A DNA stretch of 64,000 nt, taken from NCBI GenBank assembly GCA_027064085.1, contig JAMOQH010000126.1, forward strand, positions 5,040-69,039, read 5' to 3'. The translations under genes and the position numbers were made by a program. This document shows positions 8,644-19,272 of this stretch, piece after piece (within the stretch, counting starts at the first letter, position 1; every line of letters begins with the position of its first letter). A model generated the notes under the pieces. That model saw only the letters and a list, made by a program, of their open reading frames with translations. It made no database searches and was not told where the DNA came from. This DNA is from a bacterium (GTDB lineage: Bacteria > UBP6 > JAFGXH01).

Positions 8644-8660
8644 TAGGAAAATAGATTGCA
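8644..8660 (+). promoter_or_regulatory. Possible sigma54 promoter of flgI-flgJ
   Basis: TAGGAAAATAGATTGCA: GG-N10-GC with TTGCA at -12; the -24 box departs from TGGCAC. Confidence 0.35.
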
Positions 8661-8732
8661 TCTATCCGGATAGTATTACTAAATTTATATGTAATACCTT
8701 ATTTATGTAAACATTTTTTTGACGAGGTCAAT

Positions 8733-9821
8733 ATGTTGAAATATATTTTAATAATGATTATTTTTAGTTCTATTGCTTTTGGTTCAAGAATAAAAGATAT
8801 TTCTTATGTTAAAGGAGTTAGAAATAATAGTTTAATTGGTTATGGAATTATTGTCGGCCTTGATGGTACAGGTGATGATGATAAAGCTAAATTTACGATT
8901 AAATCTTTAGTAAATATGCTTGAAAAAATGGGAGTAAAATTTGATTCGAGGTCTTTAAAGGTAAAAAATGTAGCAGCTGTTATGGTAACTGCTAAGTTAC
9001 CACCATTTTCAAGAGTTGGTAATAAAATAGATATTGAAGTGTCATCAATTGGTAATGCCAAGTCATTAAGGGGTGGAGTTTTGATTATGACACCATTAAA
9101 AGGAGCTGATGGTAAAGTTTATGCTATTGCTCAAGGTAATCTGTCTGTTAATGGTTATTCTGTTAAAAGTGGGAAAACAAAATCTAAGGCAGTTAAAAAT
9201 CATTTAACTGTAGGCAGAATTCCTAATGGGGGTACTATAGAGAGAGAGTTAAAAAATTCTATTTTAAATAAATCATATTTAGATTTAATTTTAAAAAATC
9301 CAGATTTTACAACTGCATATAGATTAAAAAAAACAATTAATGAACAATTTGGTGAAAATTTGGCAAAAGCAATAGATAGTAATACCATAAGGGTAGTTCT
9401 TCCTGTTAGTTTAAAGGAAAATCCTATAAAATTTATTGCAATAGTTGAAAATTTAGATGTAAAAGTTGATACTCCTGCGAAAATTGTAATAAATGAAAGA
9501 ACTGGTACAATTATTATAGGTAAAAATGTAACAATTTCTTCTGTAGCTATTTCACATGGTAATTTAAATATTATTGTTGAAGAAAATGAAACCCTTAGTC
9601 AGCCTTCGGCTCTTAGTTTTGGAACAACTGCTAAAACTAAATCAACTAAAATAAAAGTAAAGGAAGATAATGCTGATTTTAGTTTATTACAAGATAAAGT
9701 TACTTTAGAAGATTTAGTTAAAGCTTTAAACTCTCTTGGTGTTTCAACTAGAGATATGATTTCTATTATTCAAGCCATAAAAGCTAGTGGAGCATTACAG
9801 GCTGAGTTGGAGATTATATGA
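8733..9821 (+). CDS. flgI: Flagellar basal body P-ring protein
   Basis: Signal peptide; RIKDI...GVRNNSLIGYGIIVGLDGTGD, NVAAVMVTAKLPPF, INERTGTIIIG, ALQAELEII motifs. Confidence 0.97.
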   Translation: MLKYILIMIIFSSIAFGSRIKDISYVKGVRNNSLIGYGIIVGLDGTGDDDKAKFTIKSLVNMLEKMGVKFDSRSLKVKNVAAVMVTAKLPPFSRVGNKIDIEVSSIGNAKSLRGGVLIMTPLKGADGKVYAIAQGNLSVNGYSVKSGKTKSKAVKNHLTVGRIPNGGTIERELKNSILNKSYLDLILKNPDFTTAYRLKKTINEQFGENLAKAIDSNTIRVVLPVSLKENPIKFIAIVENLDVKVDTPAKIVINERTGTIIIGKNVTISSVAISHGNLNIIVEENETLSQPSALSFGTTAKTKSTKIKVKEDNADFSLLQDKVTLEDLVKALNSLGVSTRDMISIIQAIKASGALQAELEII

Positions 9822-10552
9822 TAAGTAAGAATATGTTGACAGAGCTTATTGGTAAGGATAAGACGATGTCCTATTCTACTACGAAGGCAACAGTTCATTC
9901 AGAGATAGGAAAACATAAGTCTTCTGCTAAAGATGAAAAAATTAAAAAAGTAGCAAAAGATTTTGAATCTTTATTAATAGGTGAAATATTTAAAGTAATG
10001 AGGAAATCTATTCATAAAACAGAACTAACTAAAGGTGGGTTTGGTGAAGATATATTTGAGTCTATGCTTGATGGAGAAATGTCTAAAAATTTAGCACAAA
10101 GAGATATGCTTGGTATATCAAAAATGCTTGAAAAGGAATTGCTTGGAAAAGCAAATAATACTATTCAAAAAAGTAGAAATTCAATATTACCAGCAATAGG
10201 TAGAATAACTTCTAAATTTGGAATGAGAGAGCATCCTATTACACATAAATTAAGCCATCATGATGGTGTTGATATCGCCTTAAAGGAAGGTACTCCAATA
10301 AAAGCTAGTTTAGGTGGCAAAGTTGTATTCTCTGGTAAACAAAATGGATATGGAAATGTTATTATTGTTAAAAATGGTGAATATGAAATGGTTTATGCTC
10401 ATTGTTCAAAATTATTGTTTAATAAGGGAGATAATGTAAAAAAAGGAGAAAAAATAGCTCTTTCTGGAAATACAGGTCGTTCAACAGGCCCTCATTTACA
10501 CTTTGAAGTAAGGCATAAAGGTAAAGCTATAGATCCATTTTCTCTATTTTAA
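9818..10552 (+). CDS. flgJ: FlgJ-like rod-binding domain fused to an M23 metallopeptidase
   Basis: AKDFESLLIGEIFKVMRKS...FESMLDGEMS rod-binding motif; HDGVD and GRSTGPHLHFEV M23 motifs; ATGA overlap with flgI. Confidence 0.85.
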   Translation: MISKNMLTELIGKDKTMSYSTTKATVHSEIGKHKSSAKDEKIKKVAKDFESLLIGEIFKVMRKSIHKTELTKGGFGEDIFESMLDGEMSKNLAQRDMLGISKMLEKELLGKANNTIQKSRNSILPAIGRITSKFGMREHPITHKLSHHDGVDIALKEGTPIKASLGGKVVFSGKQNGYGNVIIVKNGEYEMVYAHCSKLLFNKGDNVKKGEKIALSGNTGRSTGPHLHFEVRHKGKAIDPFSLF

Positions 10553-10582
10553 AAAAAAAGGGGCGAAAAGCCCCTTTTTTTT
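10552..10582. terminator. Bidirectional rho-independent terminator between flgJ and ppdK
   Basis: A8-GGGGC-GAAAA-GCCCC-T8 between convergent genes. Confidence 0.9.
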
Positions 10583-10607
10583 AGTCATACAATCTTATTA
10601 CATATTA

Positions 10608-13445
10608 CTATTTCTTCTTAAAAAAACCTTTTACTGCATCTACCGCTTTATTTGCAACTTCGCTTGCTTTATCAGCAACATCAGATGCAACATTACTAGC
10701 TAGCTCAAGAGCAGATTTGTCTTCTATCTTAGCTTGTGCAGATGCTAATCTAGCAATAGGCACTCTAAAAGGAGAACAGCTAACATAATTTAATCCTGTT
10801 TTATAGCAGAACTTAACACTTGATGGTTCTCCACCATGTTCACCACAAATACCAACTTTTAAATTAGGCTTACTACTTCTACCTTTATCTGTAGCCATTT
10901 CAACTAATTGACCAACACCAGTTTGGTCTAAAACTTGGAAAGGATCATTTTTATAAATACCTTTTTTTGAGTATTCAGAAATTAATGCAGCAGTATCATC
11001 TCTTGATAAACCAAATGACATTTGAGTTAGATCATTAGTTCCAAATGAGAAAAATTCAGCATGTTCTGCGATTGCATCAGCAGTTAGTGCTGCTCTTGGA
11101 ATTTCTATCATTGTTCCAACCATGTAATCAATTTTATTGTTTCTTTCCTCAAAAACTTTTTCTGCAGTTTCTCTAATTATTTTTTCTTGAGCTTTAAATT
11201 CTTTTACTTCACCTACAAAAGGAATCATTATTTCTGGTTTTGCTGTAATTCCTTTTTCTTTTAAATTTAATGCAGCTTCTATAATAGCTCTTGTTTGCAT
11301 TTCTGTAATTTCAGGATATGTATTTCCTAATCTACAACCTCTATGGCCTAACATTGGATTAAATTCTGCTAATGAATCAACTTTTTCTTTGATATATTCA
11401 ATAGATTTACCCATTTCATCAGCCATTTCTTTTTGGTTTGCTTCTTCATGAGGAACAAATTCATGCAAAGGTGGATCAAGTAATCTAACTGTTACAGGTA
11501 AGTCATGCATAGCAGTGAAAATACCTTCAAAGTCTTCTCGCTGAATAGGAAGTAATTTAGCTAACGCAACTTTTCTACCTTCTAAGTTTTCAGCAAGTAT
11601 CATTTCTCTGATAGCTTTAATTTTATCACCACCAAAAAACATATGTTCTGTTCTACATAAACCGATACCTTGTGCTCCAAAAGCTCTAGCAACTTTACTA
11701 TCTTCAGGCGTATCAGCATTTGTTCTTACTAACATTGTTGCATATTTATCTGTTAGTTTCATCAGTTTGCCAAAATCTCCACCTACTTCAGGGTTAACTG
11801 TAGCCACTTTACCATCGTAAATTTCACCAGTAGAACCATTTAATGAGATGAAATCACCTTCTTTATATGTTTTATCTCCCATTGTTAAAGTTCTTTCTTT
11901 ATAGTCAATTTTTATTTCACCAGCACCAGAAACACAACATTTTCCCATTCCTCTAGCAACAACGGCTGCATGACTAGTCATGCCACCTCTTGCTGTAAGA
12001 ATACCTTGTGCTAAATTCATTCCTTTTAAATCTTCTGGAGATGTTTCAATTCTAACTAATATAATATCTTCTTTTTTATCTTCAACCCAAGCTTCTGCTT
12101 CATCTGAAAAGAAAATAATTTTACCTGTTGCTGCACCTGGGCTTGCAGGAAGGCCCTTACCCATAACACTAGCTGAGCTTAAAGCTTCTTTAGCAAATAC
12201 AGGGTGAAGTAATTCATCTAATTTATTAGGTTCAACCCTCAGAATGGCTGTTTTTTCATCAATCATACCTTCATCAAGCATGTCCATAGCCATTTTAACC
12301 ATTGCGGCACCAGTTCTTTTACCGGTTCGAGTTTGTAAGAACCATAATTTACCATCTTGAATAGTAAATTCTAAGTCTTGCATATCAGAATAATGGTTTT
12401 CTAGTTTAGTTTCTAATGAAGATAATTCTGCATAAGCCTCTGGCATTGCTTCTTCTAGAGAAGGGTAGTTTTCTTTTCTATCTTCTTCTGTAACGCCTGC
12501 TAATTTAGCCCATCTTTTTGAACCTTCAAGAGTAATTTGTTGAGGTGTTCTGATTCCGGCAACAACATCTTCACCTTGAGCATTAATTAAATATTCTCCG
12601 TTAAAAATATCTTCACCGGTAGCAGCATCTCTTGTAAAAGCAACGCCTGTTGCACTATCTTCGCCCATATTTCCATAAACCATAGCTTGAACATTTACTG
12701 CTGTTCCCCATTCTTCAGGAATTTTATTCATTTGACGGTAGTATATAGCTCTATCTGTGTTCCAAGAATCAAAAACAGCCATTACTGCACCCCAAAGTTG
12801 ATCCCATGGATCTTCTGGGAAATCATGTCCAGTAAACTTTTTAACCACATCTTTAAAATCTAAAACGAGTTGCTTTAGGTCGTCAACTGATAATTCATTA
12901 TCATTTTTAACGCCTGCTTTTTTCTTAGCTTTTTCTAAAACAAGTTCAAATGGGTCTTTATCATCCATACCTTCTGGTTCAACACCTAAAACAACATCAC
13001 CATACATTTGAACAAATCTTCTGTATGAATCCCAAGCAAATTCAGGATTACCTGATTTAGTAGCAAGCCCTTCAACAGCATCATCATTTAAACCAAGGTT
13101 TAATACTGTGTCCATCATTCCAGGCATAGATACTCTTGCTCCACTACGAACTGATACTAAACATGGATTTTCTTGAGAACCGAATTTCGTTCCCATTAAA
13201 TCTTCTATATTTTTAATTCCTGCTTTAACATCTTCCATAAGTGCTTTAACAACAGCATCTTTTCCATGCTTATTATATTCTGTACAAACTTCGGTTGTAA
13301 TTGTAAAACCCGGAGGAACAGGAACTCCAACTAAGTTCATTTCAGCTAAATTAGCACCTTTTCCACCAAGCAAATTTTTCATCTCTGTTTTACCTTCGGC
13401 AAGACCATTACCAAAAGTATAAACTCTTTTTCTGTTTTTCAACAT
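10608..13445 (-). CDS. ppdK: Pyruvate, phosphate dikinase
   Basis: LLGGKGANLAEM, SVRSGARVSMPGMMDT, GGMTSHAAVVARG (phospho-His), GIGLCRTEHMF, FSFGTNDLTQ, GICGEHGG. Confidence 0.98.
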   Translation of the reverse strand: MLKNRKRVYTFGNGLAEGKTEMKNLLGGKGANLAEMNLVGVPVPPGFTITTEVCTEYNKHGKDAVVKALMEDVKAGIKNIEDLMGTKFGSQENPCLVSVRSGARVSMPGMMDTVLNLGLNDDAVEGLATKSGNPEFAWDSYRRFVQMYGDVVLGVEPEGMDDKDPFELVLEKAKKKAGVKNDNELSVDDLKQLVLDFKDVVKKFTGHDFPEDPWDQLWGAVMAVFDSWNTDRAIYYRQMNKIPEEWGTAVNVQAMVYGNMGEDSATGVAFTRDAATGEDIFNGEYLINAQGEDVVAGIRTPQQITLEGSKRWAKLAGVTEEDRKENYPSLEEAMPEAYAELSSLETKLENHYSDMQDLEFTIQDGKLWFLQTRTGKRTGAAMVKMAMDMLDEGMIDEKTAILRVEPNKLDELLHPVFAKEALSSASVMGKGLPASPGAATGKIIFFSDEAEAWVEDKKEDIILVRIETSPEDLKGMNLAQGILTARGGMTSHAAVVARGMGKCCVSGAGEIKIDYKERTLTMGDKTYKEGDFISLNGSTGEIYDGKVATVNPEVGGDFGKLMKLTDKYATMLVRTNADTPEDSKVARAFGAQGIGLCRTEHMFFGGDKIKAIREMILAENLEGRKVALAKLLPIQREDFEGIFTAMHDLPVTVRLLDPPLHEFVPHEEANQKEMADEMGKSIEYIKEKVDSLAEFNPMLGHRGCRLGNTYPEITEMQTRAIIEAALNLKEKGITAKPEIMIPFVGEVKEFKAQEKIIRETAEKVFEERNNKIDYMVGTMIEIPRAALTADAIAEHAEFFSFGTNDLTQMSFGLSRDDTAALISEYSKKGIYKNDPFQVLDQTGVGQLVEMATDKGRSSKPNLKVGICGEHGGEPSSVKFCYKTGLNYVSCSPFRVPIARLASAQAKIEDKSALELASNVASDVADKASEVANKAVDAVKGFFKKK

Positions 13446-13592
13446 AATTTCTCCTAAAAAAACAAAACAAAAATTACGGTATTAATATAACAGAAATGAG
13501 TAATAAACTCAATGTTTATTTGATTTATTTGTGAATTATCTCCGGTTATCTTACTACTAGTTTACTAATAATGCTTATTTATTTAACATATT

Positions 13593-14312
13593 TTAGGATA
13601 ACTCAAACCAACTGACTTTTCCTATAATCTTAAAGTTAAGTTTTTGAGTAAGGGATAATGAATTTTTATTTTTGATAATAACATATACAAATGGTATTTT
13701 TTTATTTTCAATAAGTTTATTTATTAAATATTTAGTAATTTTTTCACCATAACCTTTGCGTCTGTAGCTTTTTAATGTATGAAAAAATCCCATTGCTCCA
13801 TCATCTTGGGTTATAATCCAGGAGATTAGCTTGTCTCCAATAAAATAACCAACTGATTCTCCATCTTTTATGCGAGTTTTTACATAGTCTAAAGAATATT
13901 CTGATTTATAAGGCCAAAAATCATTAACTATATTTGTATTTGAAATAGTTAAAGGAGGATATTTTTTTATAGTAAAAGCTTTATTTTCTAGATAAGCAAG
14001 TTTATAACAATTTTCTTGCCATATTATTTTTTTGTTGTTTGCAATTATATTTACAAATTCAGTATTTGTAGCAGCAAAATATTTTTCATTTTTAATAAAG
14101 GGTATAAAATCTTTTAATTCATTAATGTCATTAGCAGACAAGTGTACCCAACCCTCTGAGCGATTTTGTTTTATTGCTACACAATTTTTGTAAATTTCAA
14201 TTTCAGAAATTTTATTATCATTTAGTAAATTAATCATTGCACAATTTAATATTTTATCTTTATATAATATTTTAAGAGCTTTTTCTTTTAGTTTAGAATT
14301 TATTATTTGCAT
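13593..14312 (-). CDS. GNAT family N-acetyltransferase
   Basis: C-terminal HTLKSYRRKGYG acetyl-CoA motif A and N..S...QKLNF motif B. Confidence 0.85.
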   Translation of the reverse strand: MQIINSKLKEKALKILYKDKILNCAMINLLNDNKISEIEIYKNCVAIKQNRSEGWVHLSANDINELKDFIPFIKNEKYFAATNTEFVNIIANNKKIIWQENCYKLAYLENKAFTIKKYPPLTISNTNIVNDFWPYKSEYSLDYVKTRIKDGESVGYFIGDKLISWIITQDDGAMGFFHTLKSYRRKGYGEKITKYLINKLIENKKIPFVYVIIKNKNSLSLTQKLNFKIIGKVSWFELS

Positions 14313-14336
14313 TTTAATTCCTAAATCATAAATATT

Positions 14337-17300
14337 TTAATAAACTCGGTTTCTATATGCTTCAATAAAGTTTATTATTTTGGTGTTATTAGATTCTAAA
14401 GCATAGGTAAAAGCATTTTTACCTTTTTTATCTTTTATATTTGGATTTGCTTTGTTTCTTAGTAGTGTTTTGACTGCATCTACATTTTGAATTTTTATTG
14501 CTGAAATTAATGGAGTCGAGCCGTCGGTTAATTGATTATTTATATCTAGTTTTAATGTTATTGTAAAATCTAAAATCCAAGGATTTTTTGAAAAGACAGC
14601 TAGATTAATTGAATTTGAGTTCATACTATTTTTTTGACTAATATTACAATGCTTTTTTACCAGTAATTTTAATATTTTTAAATTATTACCATAAGATGCT
14701 TCAAGAAAAGCAGAGCTATTGGTTTGGGTTGTTAAATTTAAATCAGCTTTATTTTCAATGAGAAACTTAGCTATTTTAAAGTAATTATTATATATTGCAA
14801 TCATTAGAGGAGTGTAACCTATTTTAGTTTGTAAATTAATTGTTTTAGTTGTTGTTAATAATTTTACAATGTTAAAATATCCATTAAATGAAGCAATATA
14901 TAAAGGAGATTCCCCTTGGCTATTAGAAATTGTAATATCTGCACCCGCTTTAATTAGTTTTCTAACAAAATCTTCTCTTCCAAAATAAGTGGATAGAGCT
15001 AATGCTGTATAACCCATAATATTTTTACTGTTTAATATCGTTTTGTTTCTTATAAATATATTGAAATACTTATTATTATTTGTATAAATTGTTTGTAGTA
15101 AAGGTGTGATACCATTTTTATTAACGATATTAGTATCTGCACCTTTTTTAATAAGATAATCTATAATTTTATTGGATTTTGTTGTAAATGAATACAGTAA
15201 TGGACTACCTAAATTAAAATCTTTTTTATTTATATTAGCTCCTTTATTTAATAAAAACTTTACAAAGTCTAATTTTGTATTGTTGCTTAGAGCTGCAATT
15301 AAAGGTGTTATTCCTGTTGTTAAATCTTGGTCGTTAACATTGGCACCTAAGTTTATTAACTTTTTAGCTATATCCCATTGTCCATCATATATAGCAAGTA
15401 CTAAAATAGGGGTTCCATTATTACTTCTTATAGAAAAATCTACTTTGTAATCTAATAAATAATCTATAATGTTCCAATATTTATTAGTTAGAGCTGTTAG
15501 TAGTGGAGAGTATCTATATTTATCTAGTATTTTAGGAGATGCCCCATGTTTGATTAAAGCTTTTATTGCATCTATGTTATTCATTGTAATCGCTTTTAAT
15601 AGATAAGTCATTCCATTTGATAATTTTCTATTTAAGTCTTCTTTACCATTTTTTAGATATAAATTTAATATTTTATTATTATTATACGAAAGAGCAATAT
15701 AAATTGGGGTTTCATTATTTAAGTCTAGTCCATTAAACATAAAATCCTTTTTTATAAAAAAATTTATGAAATCTATGTTTCCTATTTCTGTGAGCCATGA
15801 ATATATTTGTACTTCATATTTTTTATCATCTGGGTTTATCTCTTTATTATATATAATTTTTAAAAGATCTTTTTTGTTAATATCTTCTATCCTTTTAGAA
15901 ACTTTATTTTCTACTATCACTTTAAATAATTCAAAATTACCTTTCCTTAGAGGAATTTGTGTAGTTGTGATATTATTAACATTATAACTATCTAATATTG
16001 CTCCATTTTTAATTAACCATTTAACCATTTTTGAGTTATTTTTTAATAATGCCAACATTACTGCAGAGGTATTTAAATTATTTGCTTCATTAATATCAAT
16101 GCCTTTCTTAAGTAAATATTTAGCAAATTCAATATTTCCTTTCATTGCAGTTAAATTTAGTAGTGTGTTACCATCCATGTCTTTTTCTGAAACATTTGCT
16201 CCATTATCAATTAATAATTTAGCTATTTCCCACTCTCTATTTTTTATTGCAATAAGTATTGGTTTAATTTTATCTTTTCCTACTTTATCAGGTGAAACTC
16301 CGTTTTTTAATAAAACTTTAACTATTTTGGGGTTATAGCTTTTTATTGCTTGAGTTAAGTAGGTTTCATGTTCGTTATTGATTAAGTTTAAATTAATTCT
16401 ATTTGAAGATATTAGCTCTAAAGCAGATTGTATACTGTTATAAGAAATTGCATGGGATAATGCGGTATTTCCACTTTTATCTTTTAAATTTAAATTTGCA
16501 TTGTTTTCAATAAAAAATTTTACGATATTATAATTATTTTTAGATGCAGCAATCATTAATGCTGTTTTATTATTGAATTTCTTATCAATAAAAATACCAT
16601 GGTTTATTAGATATTTTACAATATCTAGATTTCCTCCTTCAGAGGCATAAGTTAAAATATCTATGTCTAAATCTTTTGAATCTCTAAAAATTGCACCTTT
16701 TTTTATCAGTAATTTAAATATATCATAGTTTCCATATTTTGCAGCAATATGTAATGGAGTTTCTTTTAATTTATTTTTTAAATAAAAATTATATGATTTG
16801 TTTTTCAATAAGTAAGAAACGAGTTCTGTATTTCCACTTCCTATCGCGTACACTAAGCATGAATTACCATTTTTATCTAAGTTGTATAAATCAAGATTTA
16901 ATGACTCTAAATATCTAAATATATTTATTTTACCTGATATTGAGGCCATAAAAAGAGCATTTTGAAGTTTAGTATTTTTTACAAAAATATTTGCCTTATG
17001 TTTTATTAATAATTTTAGTGTTTCTAGATTAGAATAATATGATGCAAGCAAAAATGGAGTATTTCCTTGATTATCAATTGCTTCTAAATTTTTATCATAT
17101 TCTAATACTTTTTCTATAATTTTTATATTTGAACCTTTTACTGCAAAGTGCAAAAGAGTATTATTATCTTTATCTCTTAAGTATGGGTTTGCCCCTTTTT
17201 TTAACAATACTTCAAAACTGTTATAATCTCCACTTTCAGCGGCTTTCATTAGTAATGTTTGTTGATTTATATCAAGGTGATTTACATTATTTTTATTTAT

Positions 17301-17435
17301 GCTTTCTAGATTTTTATAATAGGAGCTTTTTAATATATTATTTCTATATTTAGAGCTTTTTAAGTTGTGGTTTCCACAGCTTAAAAAGAAAATTAACATA
17401 GAAAATAAAACAACTAATCTCTTTTTTAATTTCAT
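14337..17435 (-). CDS. Large ankyrin-repeat lipoprotein (about 28-29 repeats)
   Basis: Lipobox FLSC after a hydrophobic signal; TPLHIAA/TALMIAA-type repeats with LIxxGAxxN over nearly the full length. Confidence 0.92.
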   Translation of the reverse strand: MKLKKRLVVLFSMLIFFLSCGNHNLKSSKYRNNILKSSYYKNLESINKNNVNHLDINQQTLLMKAAESGDYNSFEVLLKKGANPYLRDKDNNTLLHFAVKGSNIKIIEKVLEYDKNLEAIDNQGNTPFLLASYYSNLETLKLLIKHKANIFVKNTKLQNALFMASISGKINIFRYLESLNLDLYNLDKNGNSCLVYAIGSGNTELVSYLLKNKSYNFYLKNKLKETPLHIAAKYGNYDIFKLLIKKGAIFRDSKDLDIDILTYASEGGNLDIVKYLINHGIFIDKKFNNKTALMIAASKNNYNIVKFFIENNANLNLKDKSGNTALSHAISYNSIQSALELISSNRINLNLINNEHETYLTQAIKSYNPKIVKVLLKNGVSPDKVGKDKIKPILIAIKNREWEIAKLLIDNGANVSEKDMDGNTLLNLTAMKGNIEFAKYLLKKGIDINEANNLNTSAVMLALLKNNSKMVKWLIKNGAILDSYNVNNITTTQIPLRKGNFELFKVIVENKVSKRIEDINKKDLLKIIYNKEINPDDKKYEVQIYSWLTEIGNIDFINFFIKKDFMFNGLDLNNETPIYIALSYNNNKILNLYLKNGKEDLNRKLSNGMTYLLKAITMNNIDAIKALIKHGASPKILDKYRYSPLLTALTNKYWNIIDYLLDYKVDFSIRSNNGTPILVLAIYDGQWDIAKKLINLGANVNDQDLTTGITPLIAALSNNTKLDFVKFLLNKGANINKKDFNLGSPLLYSFTTKSNKIIDYLIKKGADTNIVNKNGITPLLQTIYTNNNKYFNIFIRNKTILNSKNIMGYTALALSTYFGREDFVRKLIKAGADITISNSQGESPLYIASFNGYFNIVKLLTTTKTINLQTKIGYTPLMIAIYNNYFKIAKFLIENKADLNLTTQTNSSAFLEASYGNNLKILKLLVKKHCNISQKNSMNSNSINLAVFSKNPWILDFTITLKLDINNQLTDGSTPLISAIKIQNVDAVKTLLRNKANPNIKDKKGKNAFTYALESNNTKIINFIEAYRNRVY

Positions 17436-17465
17436 GTTTTTCCTTATTAAAAGTTTTAAGTAATC

Positions 17466-18590
17466 TTAGAATACAAATTTTTTACTATCATAAAAATCTT
17501 GCCAAAGTTTTTCTTTTTTTCCTCTCTTTTTAACAATAGCATTAAAATAATTTTTTAAAACAGATATATCATCATAATTGTCCTTTATTAAACTTCCAGA
17601 TATATTTCTTGCAATGTGTAGAGGAGAAATATTTCCTTTATCGTAATAATGAGCATCAAGTGCTGCTAAATAGAAAACAGAAACTGCTTCAGCTGTAGAT
17701 ATAGTGGAGTTCATTTTCTCTAGCTTTTCACCATTTTTACCTACGCCATTTCTAAGTTCACTAAATGTTATTGCAAGCATTTCTACTAAGTTATTATTTA
17801 TTTCTATGTTTATATCGTTATAGGATAATAATTTCTTACTTTCTTTTTTTATGATTTCTGTTTCAAGCTTCAAGTTGTCAATGGGTTTAACTGTTTCAAA
17901 GTTAAATCTTCTTTTAAGTGCAGAGCTCATTTCATTAACTCCTCTATCTCTAGAGTTTGCTGTTGCAATAATATTGAAACCTTTTTGTGCAAATAATGTA
18001 GAATCTGTTTCTGGGATATTTAAAACTTTATCACTCATAATGCTTATTAGTGTATCTTGTATTTCAGATGGAACTCTTGTGATTTCTTCAAATCTTGTAA
18101 TAACACCTTTTTCCATGCCTACATAAATAGGGGAGGGAATTAATGCTTCTGGTATTGGCCCTTTTGACAGTAAAAGGGAATAGTTCCAACTATATTTAAT
18201 ACTATTTTCTGTAATACCTGCTGTTCCTTGGATAGTATTTTTACTGTTTCCTGAAATTGCAGCAGTAAGTAGTTCACTTAACATTGTTTTGGCTGTTCCA
18301 GGTTCACCTATTAGCATTAAGCCTCTATTACCAGTAAGAGTTATAATTGCTCTTTCTATAAGTGAGTCATTACCAAAATATTTTTGTTCAATAATAATTT
18401 CCTTTTCTTTTTTATCAACTTTATATTTTAATTTTTTTCCATTACTTCCTAGTATGAATGTTCTTACCATTTTAGGGGATAGTTTAAAAAAGCTTGGTTT
18501 AGGATAATTATCGTTTTGAGCTAATGCTTCGAGCTCATCTTTATAAATAAGCTCCATTGGAGGCTTTATTATATGTAGGTCTTTTTCCAT
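17466..18590 (-). CDS. MoxR-like AAA+ ATPase, YehL type
   Basis: Walker A GEPGTAKT, RFEEITR, ATANSRDRGVNEMSSALKRRFNF; start moved to ATG 18590 (AAGGA upstream, avoids overlap with next gene). Confidence 0.88.
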   Translation of the reverse strand: MEKDLHIIKPPMELIYKDELEALAQNDNYPKPSFFKLSPKMVRTFILGSNGKKLKYKVDKKEKEIIIEQKYFGNDSLIERAIITLTGNRGLMLIGEPGTAKTMLSELLTAAISGNSKNTIQGTAGITENSIKYSWNYSLLLSKGPIPEALIPSPIYVGMEKGVITRFEEITRVPSEIQDTLISIMSDKVLNIPETDSTLFAQKGFNIIATANSRDRGVNEMSSALKRRFNFETVKPIDNLKLETEIIKKESKKLLSYNDINIEINNNLVEMLAITFSELRNGVGKNGEKLEKMNSTISTAEAVSVFYLAALDAHYYDKGNISPLHIARNISGSLIKDNYDDISVLKNYFNAIVKKRGKKEKLWQDFYDSKKFVF

Positions 18591-18591
18591 T

Positions 18592-19272
18592 TTATCCTTT
18601 AATTTTTTTATAATATTTTTTAGCAAAAGTTAATACTTTTTTTATTTTTGCAACGGTAATCTTATAATGTTTTGCAACATTTATTATTGCTGAATTTAAT
18701 GAAATATGTTTGTTCCTTTTAAATTCTTGTGATATTTGTGCTAAAATTTGATAATCATATTGAAGCAAATAGTGTTTTATACCTTTTTTTTGTAGATTTT
18801 TTTTAGACAGATAATCATTAAATTTAACATTTAACTTAACTGATTTGTCTTTTAGTATTGCTTCGTAGTTAGCAACTACCCCTGAAAATCTTTCAACATA
18901 CATATGTTTGATATCTACAACTATATGTTTTCTTTTTTTCATATATTTATTGGTAAATTCTTCAAGAAATGCTTTTAATTCTTTAGCTCTTAAGTTATAT
19001 GGAATAGATATTTCATAATAAATATAATTATCACCTGTTTTTTTTATTTTTTTATTTTTATTTATTCTAAAATTTAAACCTAGTAACGACTCACCTTCTG
19101 CTGACTTATGATTATTAAAATCATCTGCAAATTTTATTGTTTTATCCATTAATATGTCAAGATTTGCAGGGTCTCTATAATCTTCTATGATACAAGATGT
19201 CATTAATATTGAAATTATAATAAATATGAAATAATTATTTTTTATTGTTTTCTTGTCGTTTAACAAATTCAT
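18592..19272 (-). CDS. Hypothetical lipoprotein
   Basis: Hydrophobic stretch ending LMTSC; no family recognised. Confidence 0.7.
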   Translation of the reverse strand: MNLLNDKKTIKNNYFIFIIISILMTSCIIEDYRDPANLDILMDKTIKFADDFNNHKSAEGESLLGLNFRINKNKKIKKTGDNYIYYEISIPYNLRAKELKAFLEEFTNKYMKKRKHIVVDIKHMYVERFSGVVANYEAILKDKSVKLNVKFNDYLSKKNLQKKGIKHYLLQYDYQILAQISQEFKRNKHISLNSAIINVAKHYKITVAKIKKVLTFAKKYYKKIKG

